From: a virus
Taxonomy: Duplodnaviria; Caudoviricetes
IMG/VR virus record: IMGVR_UViG_3300022707_001565
Span: 1-52,788 of that record
Length of the DNA stretch: 52,788 nt
Reading direction: 5' to 3' (one strand)
Shown piece by piece: positions 1 through 9,275 of this stretch (position 1 is its first letter; each line of letters opens with the position of its first letter). The translations under genes and the position numbers were made by a program. Under the pieces are notes generated by a model. That model was not told the DNA's origin. It made no database searches and saw only the letters and a list, made by a program, of their open reading frames with translations.

Positions 1-102
1 AAAGAAGATTTACCTATTGATTTAAGTGATTATGAAAAGATTGGCGATAAGCGTGATGCAGTCAAACAGGCTATGGTTGCTCAAGCTCAAGCATCTGCTG
101 CT
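1..102. repeat. Inverted duplication of 415-516 at the contig end (probable fold-back chimera)
   Basis: Bases 1-102 are the exact reverse complement of 415-516; the junction shows gct(t)ggcg microhomology. Confidence 0.9.
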
Positions 103-251
103 TGGCGAATGGCTATTTCTTTTAATGTTGTAGATAAAGCCGTCCAAGTGGCGTCAGCAACATAATCATCATTGTATGTATCAACATCAGCGATGGGCAC
201 ATACGAATCAGCATTAGCAATTATTGTCCCATCTTCAATGATTAAAGCCAT
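103..251 (-). CDS. Head-tail adaptor/connector protein, N-terminal fragment (truncated by the fold-back)
   Basis: Manual translation MALIIEDGTIIANADSYVPIADVDTY...WTALSTTLKEIAIRQA resembles the typical N-terminus of siphophage adaptors; lies downstream of the capsid genes. Confidence 0.7.
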
Positions 252-404
252 TTAACCCCCGTCAGTGCTGATTGGCTCCTGCTGCTTTTTTGCGAATTTC
301 CAGCCCTCTTTTTCAAGACGCTTAGAAACATGAATGACAACATCTTTTCTGTCCCCATCAGGATTAATCATCTTAACAGTTTCACATGAGTATTTTCTAC
401 TCAT
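252..404 (-). CDS. Small hypothetical protein (head region)
   Basis: Likely start MSRKYSCETV at 404, overlapping the upstream gene end; its stop abuts the next ATG. Confidence 0.5.
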   Translation of the reverse strand: MSRKYSCETVKMINPDGDRKDVVIHVSKRLEKEGWKFAKKQQEPISTDGG

Positions 405-822
405 CACTGCCGCCAGCAGCAGATGCTTGAGCTTGAGCAACCATAGCCTGTTTGACTGCATCACGCTTATCGCCAATCTTTTCATAATCACTTAAATCAA
501 TAGGTAAATCTTCTTTGTCAATAATCTTTTGCAGATCCTGAGCAGTAGATTTTTCAATTGATTTATCAGCATCAGCTTCAATACCAGATGTATCGCCAGC
601 AGCAGCTTCAATACGCTTTTTCTGGTCTGCGGCAGAAAACCAGGTACCAATGCCCAAGGCAATAAATTCGCGGGCATCAACTGCATACACACGTTTGTAT
701 CCACCTTTTCTAACAGCGGCGTTTGGGCCCTCTTTATTGGGCAGCATAAAAATTCTAACTCTGCCATCAGCGGCATTTGTTATTGGAACATATACATCAT
801 TTGCATCTTTAGCTTTAGCCAT
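397..822 (-). CDS. Hypothetical head-region protein
   Basis: 141-aa ORF with AGGA RBS, in the capsid operon. Confidence 0.65.
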   Translation of the reverse strand: MAKAKDANDVYVPITNAADGRVRIFMLPNKEGPNAAVRKGGYKRVYAVDAREFIALGIGTWFSAADQKKRIEAAAGDTSGIEADADKSIEKSTAQDLQKIIDKEDLPIDLSDYEKIGDKRDAVKQAMVAQAQASAAGGSDE

Positions 823-852
823 TGGATTTTCCTGTACTTATTTTTAAAAGAT

Positions 853-881
853 TCCCCCTAGCTACTTGGCTTCACTAGGGG
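853..881 (-). terminator. Hairpin, possible intrinsic terminator after the capsid/decoration genes
   Basis: CCCCTAG...CTAGGGG inverted repeat, followed on the minus strand by a short T run. Confidence 0.45.
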
Positions 882-910
882 TTATTCGATTATCCCGACT
901 ATGAGGGAAA

Positions 911-1330
911 TTACAGATGTTTAGCAAGACGTGCTGTATAAGTCAGGATTGGTGTGGTGCCAGCAAGTGTATGTTTAATGCGCACTTTATTATGAATAAC
1001 ATCGTCACGCATATTGCTGAAAGGCACAACGACTTTATCAGCTGCTAATGAAGCAGAATCCAACTCAACTCTAACAAGGTCAATGACATTACTAAAATCA
1101 TCAGAGGTTCCTTCAAGAGTAATGAAATATGTTTCATCAGCTGTAGTGAAATCAAGGGCTGTTGGTATAATTACAAGATCACCCTTCATGCTTCCAGTGC
1201 CAAGATCAAGTTCAGCATCACTGCCGCCATCCTGACCAACACCAGTGGCGGTTTTAGCGCCAGCACCATCTTCAAGAACAAGTAAAGCATCAAAGGTTCT
1301 GTTCTCTGAACCTATAAGTGGGTTTGCCAT
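911..1330 (-). CDS. Putative capsid decoration/cement protein
   Basis: 139-aa beta-rich acidic protein immediately after the major capsid gene; AAGGAATAGCCAAATG RBS. Confidence 0.6.
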   Translation of the reverse strand: MANPLIGSENRTFDALLVLEDGAGAKTATGVGQDGGSDAELDLGTGSMKGDLVIIPTALDFTTADETYFITLEGTSDDFSNVIDLVRVELDSASLAADKVVVPFSNMRDDVIHNKVRIKHTLAGTTPILTYTARLAKHL

Positions 1331-1366
1331 TTGGCTATTCCTTATTAATTAGAATGAAAAGAATAA

Positions 1367-2290
1367 TTAAACTACAACAGGGGCATTAGAAATATCACGG
1401 AGCCTAGCAGCAGCACGTGGGTGCCATAAGCTGATTCCATTGTACCATTCAACACGTGTACGCATAGCAGGCTTACTTTCAAGCTCGCCAATATCACGAA
1501 CATCAATGCCACCGTTCTGAATACCAGCCAACATTCCAATGCCAAGTGATACACAATAGATAGATGTAGCAGTAGAACCACCACCCGTTGCAGCTTCAGT
1601 AAATTGAAGCGTTGGGAAAGCAGAACCATTTTCATCCATAATTACAATCGGCAGATCAGCATAGATAGCAAAACGTCTGCCAAATGCATCTCTTTCATAA
1701 ACAATAGTACCAGCAACAGCAACGCTGCGAGCAGCAGCATCAATACGCCTGCGCATAGCTTTGTTCATTAAAAGATGGGTAGCTTCATCCACCAGATCAA
1801 TTAATTCATCCAGATTGGCCAGCGATAATGGATCACCACCAGATGTAGCACCATTAGACAGCACCTGTGAACCGCCAAGGCGTTTCTGCAGACCATCATA
1901 CTCTTTAAGGTTAACATCACTGTCACCCTTAATGAAAGTCTCAGCCCATTTATGCGCCAGATTTTTTACTTTCATAGCTTCATGCTGAGCACGGATATCA
2001 GTGCCACTGGTGTCGATAATAAATTTATCAACATCAAGGTCACCACCAGCAATGACCAGAGCTTCAGTCATTGGGTTTAAAACCCCAGTACTTTCTGTAA
2101 AGCCTTCATTCACACCGCGAAAGCCAACACCAGGAAGTGTTTCTTCACGGTTATATTTTAAAGCATTGCCAGGAATTTCATCAAAAGGCAACACGCGCAA
2201 AATACCAACCGTTTGAGCAAATATTTCAATAACTGCTCTGGTTAAATCATCCTGTTCGACTTTTGCCGCTTCAATAAGAGTAAGAGCCAT
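1367..2290 (-). CDS. Major capsid protein (HK97 fold)
   Basis: MALTLIEAAK start, FRGVNEG, GGDLDVD, FIKGD...EYDGLQKRL, RVEWY motifs; 307 aa; follows the scaffold gene. Confidence 0.9.
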   Translation of the reverse strand: MALTLIEAAKVEQDDLTRAVIEIFAQTVGILRVLPFDEIPGNALKYNREETLPGVGFRGVNEGFTESTGVLNPMTEALVIAGGDLDVDKFIIDTSGTDIRAQHEAMKVKNLAHKWAETFIKGDSDVNLKEYDGLQKRLGGSQVLSNGATSGGDPLSLANLDELIDLVDEATHLLMNKAMRRRIDAAARSVAVAGTIVYERDAFGRRFAIYADLPIVIMDENGSAFPTLQFTEAATGGGSTATSIYCVSLGIGMLAGIQNGGIDVRDIGELESKPAMRTRVEWYNGISLWHPRAAARLRDISNAPVVV

Positions 2291-2312
2291 TGGTTATTCC
2301 TTTTTAATTAAT

Positions 2313-3116
2313 TCAGGATACTTCTGCTTTACGCACTTGTGATAACAAGGCTGCACCATGAGCATCACCTGAAGATTTAGTTTTGTTTTTTCCACCAGCA
2401 CCGCCGCTGCCGCCGCCACCTTGGGAATTGGACCCAGCAAACACTTTGCTGAATTCATCTTTCTTGGACATTTCATCAACCAGTTCATCCAACGTCATAG
2501 GATTATTATTCTGTGACACAGGACTCAAACGTGTTCCACCTTCAGCATTTTTAATCACAACCCGTAAAGTGCCATCATCATTATCTTCAACTCTGGCCTG
2601 GGCCTCAACATGTGGTAGTAAAAGGGCAACAGCATCAGGCGCTTTATCACTTAATGCTATCGTTGCTTTAGAGGTTATTAATTCTTTGTGCAATTGACTA
2701 CGCAATTTTGAATTAGTATCATTTAAAGTCTTTGTATCAGTTTCATACTTAGTATTTAATTCAGATTGCTTATTCTCATAGCCAGATTTGACTTCATCCT
2801 CAATTGCTTTCTTAATCTTTTCTTTATCTGCTGGATCAAAATTCTTCAATTTAGTGATGGCATCAATAGCCTGTTGGGCAGTAACATCTGTGCCATCAAT
2901 AGTGTACAAGGAAAGTTTTGACTTTAAATCTTTACTAATCCCTCTTTCACTTTGAAGAGCATTATAAGCCCCCTCATTATCACCAAGAGACATTTTGTGT
3001 GCTGCAACTACATCAAGAACAAACTTTCCTTCAAGCTCACCAGTACCTGCTTTATATTCTGCTTTAATAGCATCAGGTAATGAATCAATTGAATCTAATA
3101 CGGCAGTTAAAGACAT
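2313..3116 (-). CDS. Capsid scaffolding protein
   Basis: Coiled-coil, charged protein with Gly-rich C-terminal linker, directly before the capsid gene. Confidence 0.8.
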   Translation of the reverse strand: MSLTAVLDSIDSLPDAIKAEYKAGTGELEGKFVLDVVAAHKMSLGDNEGAYNALQSERGISKDLKSKLSLYTIDGTDVTAQQAIDAITKLKNFDPADKEKIKKAIEDEVKSGYENKQSELNTKYETDTKTLNDTNSKLRSQLHKELITSKATIALSDKAPDAVALLLPHVEAQARVEDNDDGTLRVVIKNAEGGTRLSPVSQNNNPMTLDELVDEMSKKDEFSKVFAGSNSQGGGGSGGAGGKNKTKSSGDAHGAALLSQVRKAEVS

Positions 3117-3127
3117 TGGATTTCCTC

Positions 3128-3226
3128 TTAAGCATCACGCTTTTTTCGCCCTCAGCATCACGCATATTGGACTGGTTGTTGTCCATATTCTTATTAGGTA
3201 TCACACCACCAAAAGCATCACGCAAT
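3128..3226 (-). promoter_or_regulatory. Repeated GUGAU-loop mini-hairpins in the scaffold mRNA leader
   Basis: Plus-strand AGCATCACGC at 3131, 3154 and 3214, variant GGTATCACAC at 3197, and a hairpin at about 3164-3188. Confidence 0.5.
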
Positions 3227-3256
3227 TGGGCAACACTAATATGAACAGTTGTGGGT

Positions 3257-3284
3257 ATAATATAATGAATTATGTTCAAGTAAA
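3257..3284 (-). promoter_or_regulatory. Putative promoter for the scaffold/capsid genes
   Basis: TTTACT-N16-TATTAT on the minus strand; same upstream box as the plus-strand promoters. Confidence 0.5.
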
Positions 3285-3305
3285 TAATAATCTCTGGTGA
3301 TCAAA

Positions 3306-4379
3306 TTATTCCAACCCTTCGGCTTTTTTGATATCTGCTAGGGAAACAGATTTGAAATTATCATCAACAAACCGGTCAAACGCCTGGTCTGGATTTCGTG
3401 GATCTGCTCTAAATATGGCAGCACGACTCTTGCCCAAGACTTGATTCTGTACTTTCTTAGATTGACCAGCTAACCATTGTCGATAATTTAATCTCTCTGG
3501 GACTAATCCATTCATGCTTGCGCGTTGACCCTCATTTAAGTCTTTGAAGTTGAATCCTAGTTCCTGCCATGATTTAGTTATGGGCACCGTTGTGCTGCGG
3601 CATCGCATATGGAGAGGGGGCCGTGGTCCTTGGCCAATTTTAAATACACGTCCATCCAATGATGCGCAGATATCAGTAGTGCGAGCATCCAGCGTTGCCA
3701 AATATCGAACGCCTTTAATAACACTCCCATTTGCCTTGTAGGTTGCCTCACGGGCCTGGGTTGTCGCTGCTGTTACTGCTGTTCTGGTTATCGTAACAGC
3801 ATTGCGTCTTAATTTATTAAATACAGAGCCACCTTGGATGCCAAATAATCGTGTGGCCAATTGCTCATTACTTTCTCCAAAGGTTAAGCCAATATTTAAT
3901 TGACTTTGAATTTGTGCCTGGGTAACGATATTAACATTATTCCACCAGCCTCTTAATGTGTTACCTTGAAATGGATTACTGACCACTGCGCTATGTAATA
4001 TTTGTGTTGCTGGTAAAGTAATGCCCACATCAACAGGGAAAGCATCATCTAACATTTTAGCTTGAAATTTAGCCTCCATTTCAGCAACTTGAAAAAACTC
4101 ATCTCTGCTCTTATTATATATCTGATCAGTTGATTCTTTTAATACCCGTTCAACCCCTGCCATCATCGCCTGTAAACGCTTAGTGGATTTAATACCTTTA
4201 CTCCTGGTCAGATTTGGTGTAGCTGCTAGGACATTATCAATGCGCCGTTGTAAATCAGGCAACACATCCGTATCTAAAAAATTTAATACTTGATTTGCTT
4301 CATGCGTTTTTAATCGCTCAAGAAATACGGCATGCCTTATCGCCCTGTCTTGTAATATCTCATTAACGGTGTGCGGCAT
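3306..4379 (-). CDS. Head morphogenesis protein (SPP1 gp7/Mu gpF family)
   Basis: ATLDARTTDICASLDG and PPLHMRCRST motifs; follows the portal gene. Confidence 0.9.
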   Translation of the reverse strand: MPHTVNEILQDRAIRHAVFLERLKTHEANQVLNFLDTDVLPDLQRRIDNVLAATPNLTRSKGIKSTKRLQAMMAGVERVLKESTDQIYNKSRDEFFQVAEMEAKFQAKMLDDAFPVDVGITLPATQILHSAVVSNPFQGNTLRGWWNNVNIVTQAQIQSQLNIGLTFGESNEQLATRLFGIQGGSVFNKLRRNAVTITRTAVTAATTQAREATYKANGSVIKGVRYLATLDARTTDICASLDGRVFKIGQGPRPPLHMRCRSTTVPITKSWQELGFNFKDLNEGQRASMNGLVPERLNYRQWLAGQSKKVQNQVLGKSRAAIFRADPRNPDQAFDRFVDDNFKSVSLADIKKAEGLE

Positions 4380-4382
4380 TAA

Positions 4383-5948
4383 TTATTCCTCAATAGGATT
4401 GCCATCTTCATCAAGCTCAGGCTTAACTATTGGATTACCATCCTCATCTAATTCAGGTTTCTCTATCGGGTTGCCTTCTTCATCAAATTCTTGATCATCT
4501 CCAAATTGACCTAGGCCAAGACCTTTATCAATTTCCCCTTCTGCATCCTCTAATTCTTTCTCAATATCAATATCAGCAGAAATAATATCACGCCGCTGCA
4601 TTTCTTCTAATGTGGTTTTCTTGGTCAATATACCCATATCCTTAGCAGAAAAAACCTGGTCCATTGTTTTATCGCTTTGAATAGATGCAGTAAAATCTTC
4701 AAATATTTTAACAGCAAAATCTTCAGGCAATTCGTCAATACCATACCACTTAGCAGCCCATTCATAAGCTTTCACTAATCCAGCAGACGTAGCACGCACC
4801 CATGATTGAGCAAAGGTGGTTGTTTTCTTATCATTAATCACAACACCAGTAGCCAAATTTGAGGGCTGTAATAATGGCTGGGCTCCTAGCATTTCCATGC
4901 GATCTTCAATTTGTTTTAAATCTGCTGAGCCTGCCTCTATCGCATGACCCTGGAATTCGACAACTGTTAATGATGCATCAGGATTTTTAGCCTTAACCAT
5001 ATTATCAACGCCAATAATAAGCGATGTTTTTATTTCATCAGCGCTAAATCCAGCGCCAAAATAAGTACCAGTCCTAGCAAAGCGCAATATATTATTTTGA
5101 TCACTACTGGATTGATAATGTTGTAAATTTAACCATGCTAGGGATCCCATTGATGGATCTGCCTGCATGAATCCTTTACGTTTAAAATAAATATTGGTCA
5201 ATGGTATTTCGCCCAATGTATTAGTGCCGTCCTTAACCATTGACCACTCATTAGCACTATTAGCAACACGCTCCCATATCTCCCAACTGTCAGGCTCATA
5301 CACTCTGATCATATCAATAGTGTCTTCACCAAATTTGCCTTCTTCATCAGTGCGTTGATCAAACACTCTTAATTGAATTAAACGTCCTGGTTTATTTGGG
5401 TCCTCTCTGAAGCCTAATATATTTGGGCGTGGCACTAAAATAAAACATGGCCTTATATCCTCATCACGCTCCCCACCTAATGATAAAGGGTTGCCCTCTT
5501 CATCCATATTACATGAAAAATCAGTAAGGATAGAAACCATACCAAAATCAATACCACTATCATATAGGTCATGGGCAAGTTGGGTAATGTTGCGCCCCTC
5601 TTTATCAGCATCATCTTTTATCTTCTCAATAAATTCATTAAATTCATCACCAACAATAACAACTTCTTTTGAGAATGGCTTACTGGCAATAGAGCTTACT
5701 GCCTCATCATACGCATTGAACAAAAATGATCGTTTAAGACGATTCTTATATTTGGTTTTTGTCTCTTTAGTTTCCTTGGGCAAAAATTCAGTGCCTTGTG
5801 CCCGCATAGCATCTGTACCATCACGCAGTGCCTCAACCAGATTCCAGATCTCAAATTGTTGTCTATTATAATCGCTGACCGCATCAGGCTGATCCTGATC
5901 ACCTTGTGTCCGAATTATACTTGTTCGTCTTGCTACTTTATGGGGCAT
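4383..5948 (-). CDS. Portal protein (DUF4055-like)
   Basis: 521 aa between terL and gp7-like; FLPKE...YKNRLKRS and LNLQHYQSSSD motifs; acidic C-terminal repeats. Confidence 0.85.
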   Translation of the reverse strand: MPHKVARRTSIIRTQGDQDQPDAVSDYNRQQFEIWNLVEALRDGTDAMRAQGTEFLPKETKETKTKYKNRLKRSFLFNAYDEAVSSIASKPFSKEVVIVGDEFNEFIEKIKDDADKEGRNITQLAHDLYDSGIDFGMVSILTDFSCNMDEEGNPLSLGGERDEDIRPCFILVPRPNILGFREDPNKPGRLIQLRVFDQRTDEEGKFGEDTIDMIRVYEPDSWEIWERVANSANEWSMVKDGTNTLGEIPLTNIYFKRKGFMQADPSMGSLAWLNLQHYQSSSDQNNILRFARTGTYFGAGFSADEIKTSLIIGVDNMVKAKNPDASLTVVEFQGHAIEAGSADLKQIEDRMEMLGAQPLLQPSNLATGVVINDKKTTTFAQSWVRATSAGLVKAYEWAAKWYGIDELPEDFAVKIFEDFTASIQSDKTMDQVFSAKDMGILTKKTTLEEMQRRDIISADIDIEKELEDAEGEIDKGLGLGQFGDDQEFDEEGNPIEKPELDEDGNPIVKPELDEDGNPIEE

Positions 5949-6450
5949 TGGCAGCTCTCTTATTGATTAATTTTTCCCAGTTATATTTGGACAATGTATA
6001 ACCTTGGAATTTCAACTTCATATCCACCCAACCATAGTCAATTAATTTATTCTTTGTTTTATCGTATATCAATACATGGGCATAATGGCCCTTTACTTCT
6101 TGGATAAGGAATGGGCTATCTGGGTGGGCAATAATGGCCTCTGGTCTGAAGCCAAAGCATGAGGACAAACATAGACATAAAAATAATGGGAATAATTTGT
6201 TTATCAATCTCCTAAAGAAAGGATGTTGTCTTATAAGCCTTTCTTTAGGCGTTTCCTGATCAGGTATTACTGCTGTACAGGGCTGTGGGGTATACGCATG
6301 GCATTCTTGTAATCTGTCATCCGGCATATCAATAAGCACCACTTTTAATTCGCCACGCTTACCTAGATTGGCAGGCCTTTCATCAATTGATATGATCTTG
6401 GGCAATTGACCATCATCCTCTATCTTAGAAAATTTATATTTTTCATCCAT
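5938..6450 (-). CDS. Hypothetical protein with an internal lipobox-like segment (possible lysis/spanin component)
   Basis: Likely start MDEKYK; contains RRLINKLFPLFLCLCLSSC. Confidence 0.5.
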   Translation of the reverse strand: MDEKYKFSKIEDDGQLPKIISIDERPANLGKRGELKVVLIDMPDDRLQECHAYTPQPCTAVIPDQETPKERLIRQHPFFRRLINKLFPLFLCLCLSSCFGFRPEAIIAHPDSPFLIQEVKGHYAHVLIYDKTKNKLIDYGWVDMKLKFQGYTLSKYNWEKLINKRAANAP

Positions 6451-6835
6451 GTTCCATATCCTTTTTCTTATTGACAATAGTGCATCCAACACCAACGCCT
6501 CTACACAATTTAGGATGCGGGCAATAGTGGAACACACAATTTGGGTGGCTATACACTTCTTTATCTCTCTCGTCAATTTTTTTCCTGCCTGCTGCTATAA
6601 CAACTGCATCATCTTTTGCGATTTCCAAGGCTTCATCGAATTCTTCTTGGCCTGGTAAAATTATATCAGTATCTGCCTCTGAGAATATCTTTTTTTCTAT
6701 ATCTGCTGCTACATCATCAACCAACTCTTTATCGCCCCCAATAAAATGTCCCTCGTCAGGCTTCTTTATTTCTTCAACTGCCTTATCTAAGAACAGGCCA
6801 AAAAACATCTTTAATATACCCATTATCCAACTCAT
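6443..6835 (-). CDS. Hypothetical protein with hydrophobic N-terminal helix
   Basis: Likely start MSWIMGILKMFFGLFL through an ATGA overlap; Cys-rich C-terminus. Confidence 0.55.
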   Translation of the reverse strand: MSWIMGILKMFFGLFLDKAVEEIKKPDEGHFIGGDKELVDDVAADIEKKIFSEADTDIILPGQEEFDEALEIAKDDAVVIAAGRKKIDERDKEVYSHPNCVFHYCPHPKLCRGVGVGCTIVNKKKDMEHG

Positions 6836-6933
6836 GGCATCTGCCTTATGGTCATTACAATAGATACGATTAATAATGACACCATAATGATCAGCACAGT
6901 CGTTACCCAAAAATCAAGTCTTTTATTATCCAT
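6832..6933 (-). CDS. Small single-pass membrane protein (33 aa)
   Basis: Manual translation MDNKRLDFWVTTVLIIMVSLLIVSIVMTIRQMP; ATGA overlap with the next gene. Confidence 0.5.
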   Translation of the reverse strand: MDNKRLDFWVTTVLIIMVSLLIVSIVMTIRQMP

Positions 6934-7066
6934 TATTATCCCACCCCGAAGAGGCGAACTTTCTTAGGATAAGGCATCCACATTCCCCGTTCCAAAGCTG
7001 ATTACAGCAAAAACAACAAGCTCTGCCTCACTCAGCATCCCAAATGATCAAGCGTTTATTATTGGA

Positions 7067-7282
7067 TTATTCAACGCCCGAAGCTTTACTGGACACATTC
7101 TTGTCACGAGAAAACCACCCAATACCAAGTGATCCAAGAGCAGTGACTAATGCGGCATAACTAAATACTGTTTCAGGATCATCATCCAGAACATTGCCAA
7201 TTTGTGCAGCTAAAATACCAACAGCAACAGCGATACCTGCAACTGTGGTTTTCCAACTGGTTTTCTTTTTATCTTCAGCCAT
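7067..7282 (-). CDS. Putative holin-like protein with two transmembrane segments
   Basis: 71 aa, SWKTT N-terminus, two hydrophobic segments, basic C-terminus, AGGAG RBS. Confidence 0.6.
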   Translation of the reverse strand: MAEDKKKTSWKTTVAGIAVAVGILAAQIGNVLDDDPETVFSYAALVTALGSLGIGWFSRDKNVSSKASGVE

Positions 7283-7360
7283 TATTATCTCCTTGGTTGA
7301 GAATGAATTGCTATAGGTTAGGACTATTGATCAAAAAATAAAGAATAATAATATGGACAG

Positions 7361-8728
7361 TCATAGAAGGGTCACTTCAATATTATCACCACCATCAACC
7401 GGAAAGTCTTTCACAATTTTATAGCCTAAAGCATCTGAGCTATGGGTTAATGATCTATCGAATGCCTTGTCCAATTCTCCTGCTGAGCCCTTCAATATAC
7501 GCACACCATCAAGGTCTTTAATCAACCATGGACATAAATCGGTGTCTATCATTAATCGGTTGGTTCCATTACCTGATCTAATTCGGGAATTAACCGCATT
7601 AATTCTGCCACGGACACTAGGATTTCCACGTGGTACCTCATTATCATACCGCCCGCTATAACGCTTACGAAACATCTCATCAATGAGATCCCAGTCTGAG
7701 CCTTGGAGCTTGGCCGTGCCACGATTGCCCCCGGTCGCATCACCATATACCCTGACTAGCCCTACATGGTCACCCCAATCCTCAAATATTTTATTACACA
7801 CTGCTGGCGTGTTGCTATTTTGTGGGATATAGACCTCACCCATACAGGCGGTTACTGATTCGGCGCAATTCGGGTTTTTGCCTCTGTACAATGTATCTTG
7901 TGAAACGATGGCCACTCCAGGGTCCACATTAAAGTCAAATGATACGTCCAGCATTCGCTTAGGGTCATAATGTAAGTCTTTTAATCCGTGCTCACAATTC
8001 GCCTCATCATCAAACTCATAATAAGCACGTCCAGAAAAGGTAACAAAGCTGCCCTCATACTCCTGTTGGAATGTAAGGATGTCCATCTCTGCCTTAGCTG
8101 CCTCCACTTCTTTTGGGTCTAATATATCTGCTGAAAACCAATGGAAATAAGCCCAATCTTCTTTGCCCCTCTTAGCACCCATGGCCAAATCATAATAATG
8201 ATTGCGCCCCTCTGGTACGCCAATGAGCCATGCCCATCCAAGACGCCCACGTGTTGATAATGCTGGCCTGACATTATTAGTCCATGCCTCTGATTTCATG
8301 TTGGCATATTCGTCTAATATAATACCATCAAGCGGTGGCCCTTCTACCCGCTCTGGTTTGTCCATTCCAACAACTTGTAATTTGACCCCATTAAAGAGCC
8401 ATATAGATAATTCAGTCTCTGATATTTTGACAATTGCCCATTTAGGCACTAATGCTTTTAAATCATTCCAGTAAATATTTTTGGCTTGCGTATAGGTAGG
8501 AGCGGCGCATATAAACCACCCATCAGGATAGTCGCAAAATGTTATTGCCTTATAGACAATGTATCGCTTAGCAAATTCAGTCTTACCAGATCGACGCCCT
8601 GAAGGCACCACACGAAAACGGGCATCACTATTCCATAATGCCTGCTGAGTAGCGTGTGGTATTAATTCTGTCCATCGTGAAGTTAATCCAGCACTACCAG
8701 TCTTTGGATTCCTGGCTATAGCTACCAT
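7361..8728 (-). CDS. terL: Terminase large subunit
   Basis: Walker A SGRRSGKT, Walker B ILDEYA, nuclease motifs FDFN and HSSDALGY. Confidence 0.95.
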   Translation of the reverse strand: MVAIARNPKTGSAGLTSRWTELIPHATQQALWNSDARFRVVPSGRRSGKTEFAKRYIVYKAITFCDYPDGWFICAAPTYTQAKNIYWNDLKALVPKWAIVKISETELSIWLFNGVKLQVVGMDKPERVEGPPLDGIILDEYANMKSEAWTNNVRPALSTRGRLGWAWLIGVPEGRNHYYDLAMGAKRGKEDWAYFHWFSADILDPKEVEAAKAEMDILTFQQEYEGSFVTFSGRAYYEFDDEANCEHGLKDLHYDPKRMLDVSFDFNVDPGVAIVSQDTLYRGKNPNCAESVTACMGEVYIPQNSNTPAVCNKIFEDWGDHVGLVRVYGDATGGNRGTAKLQGSDWDLIDEMFRKRYSGRYDNEVPRGNPSVRGRINAVNSRIRSGNGTNRLMIDTDLCPWLIKDLDGVRILKGSAGELDKAFDRSLTHSSDALGYKIVKDFPVDGGDNIEVTLL

Positions 8729-8731
8729 AGG

Positions 8732-8986
8732 TTACATCCCTGGTCTATTCACATGGAATCTACTTGTCTCAAATTGTTCGAGCAATAATGATTGCCTTAT
8801 TGTTTTATAAATATAACTATTACTGCTGGGCATTGGGTGCCTTATTATTAATTGGTCATCAACCTTGCCTCTAATCTCCCATTGTATCACCATGTCAGGT
8901 ACACAATGCTCATAAAATATATAGCCTTTTACTAAAGACCATGGCCATGGTATATTAACCCAACACTCTGGTGGGAAGTCTTTCAT
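8732..8986 (-). CDS. Hypothetical protein
   Basis: 84-aa ORF packed between terS and terL. Confidence 0.5.
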   Translation of the reverse strand: MKDFPPECWVNIPWPWSLVKGYIFYEHCVPDMVIQWEIRGKVDDQLIIRHPMPSSNSYIYKTIRQSLLLEQFETSRFHVNRPGM

Positions 8987-9171
8987 AATTTATCCTCACC
9001 CTCATCCTTTATTTGATCAACAGCTTTTTGTATATTAAAAGCCACGCAATGCAACACTCCAACGACATCAGCAATAGTAAGGCCCCATTCATCTATACTT
9101 GAACAGGCAACATTAGTAATCCGTTCCATTAAGTCATCTTGGCCTTTATTTGTATCGCCATCCTCACCCAT
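8983..9171 (-). CDS. Hypothetical protein
   Basis: 62-aa ORF overlapping the next gene's start. Confidence 0.5.
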   Translation of the reverse strand: MGEDGDTNKGQDDLMERITNVACSSIDEWGLTIADVVGVLHCVAFNIQKAVDQIKDEGEDKL

Positions 9172-9275
9172 TAATTTACTTCTTTTTAGATTTGGGCTTC
9201 ATAAGACCTGACGATTTAGACTTGGGCTTTGATGCTGCTGCCTTTTTAACGTTCTGCTTGATATGTAGTGCCATG

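Noticed and set aside
3085-3279. 64-aa ORF upstream of the scaffold gene
   Set aside because: Starts inside the predicted promoter and overlaps the scaffold start; better explained as a structured leader.
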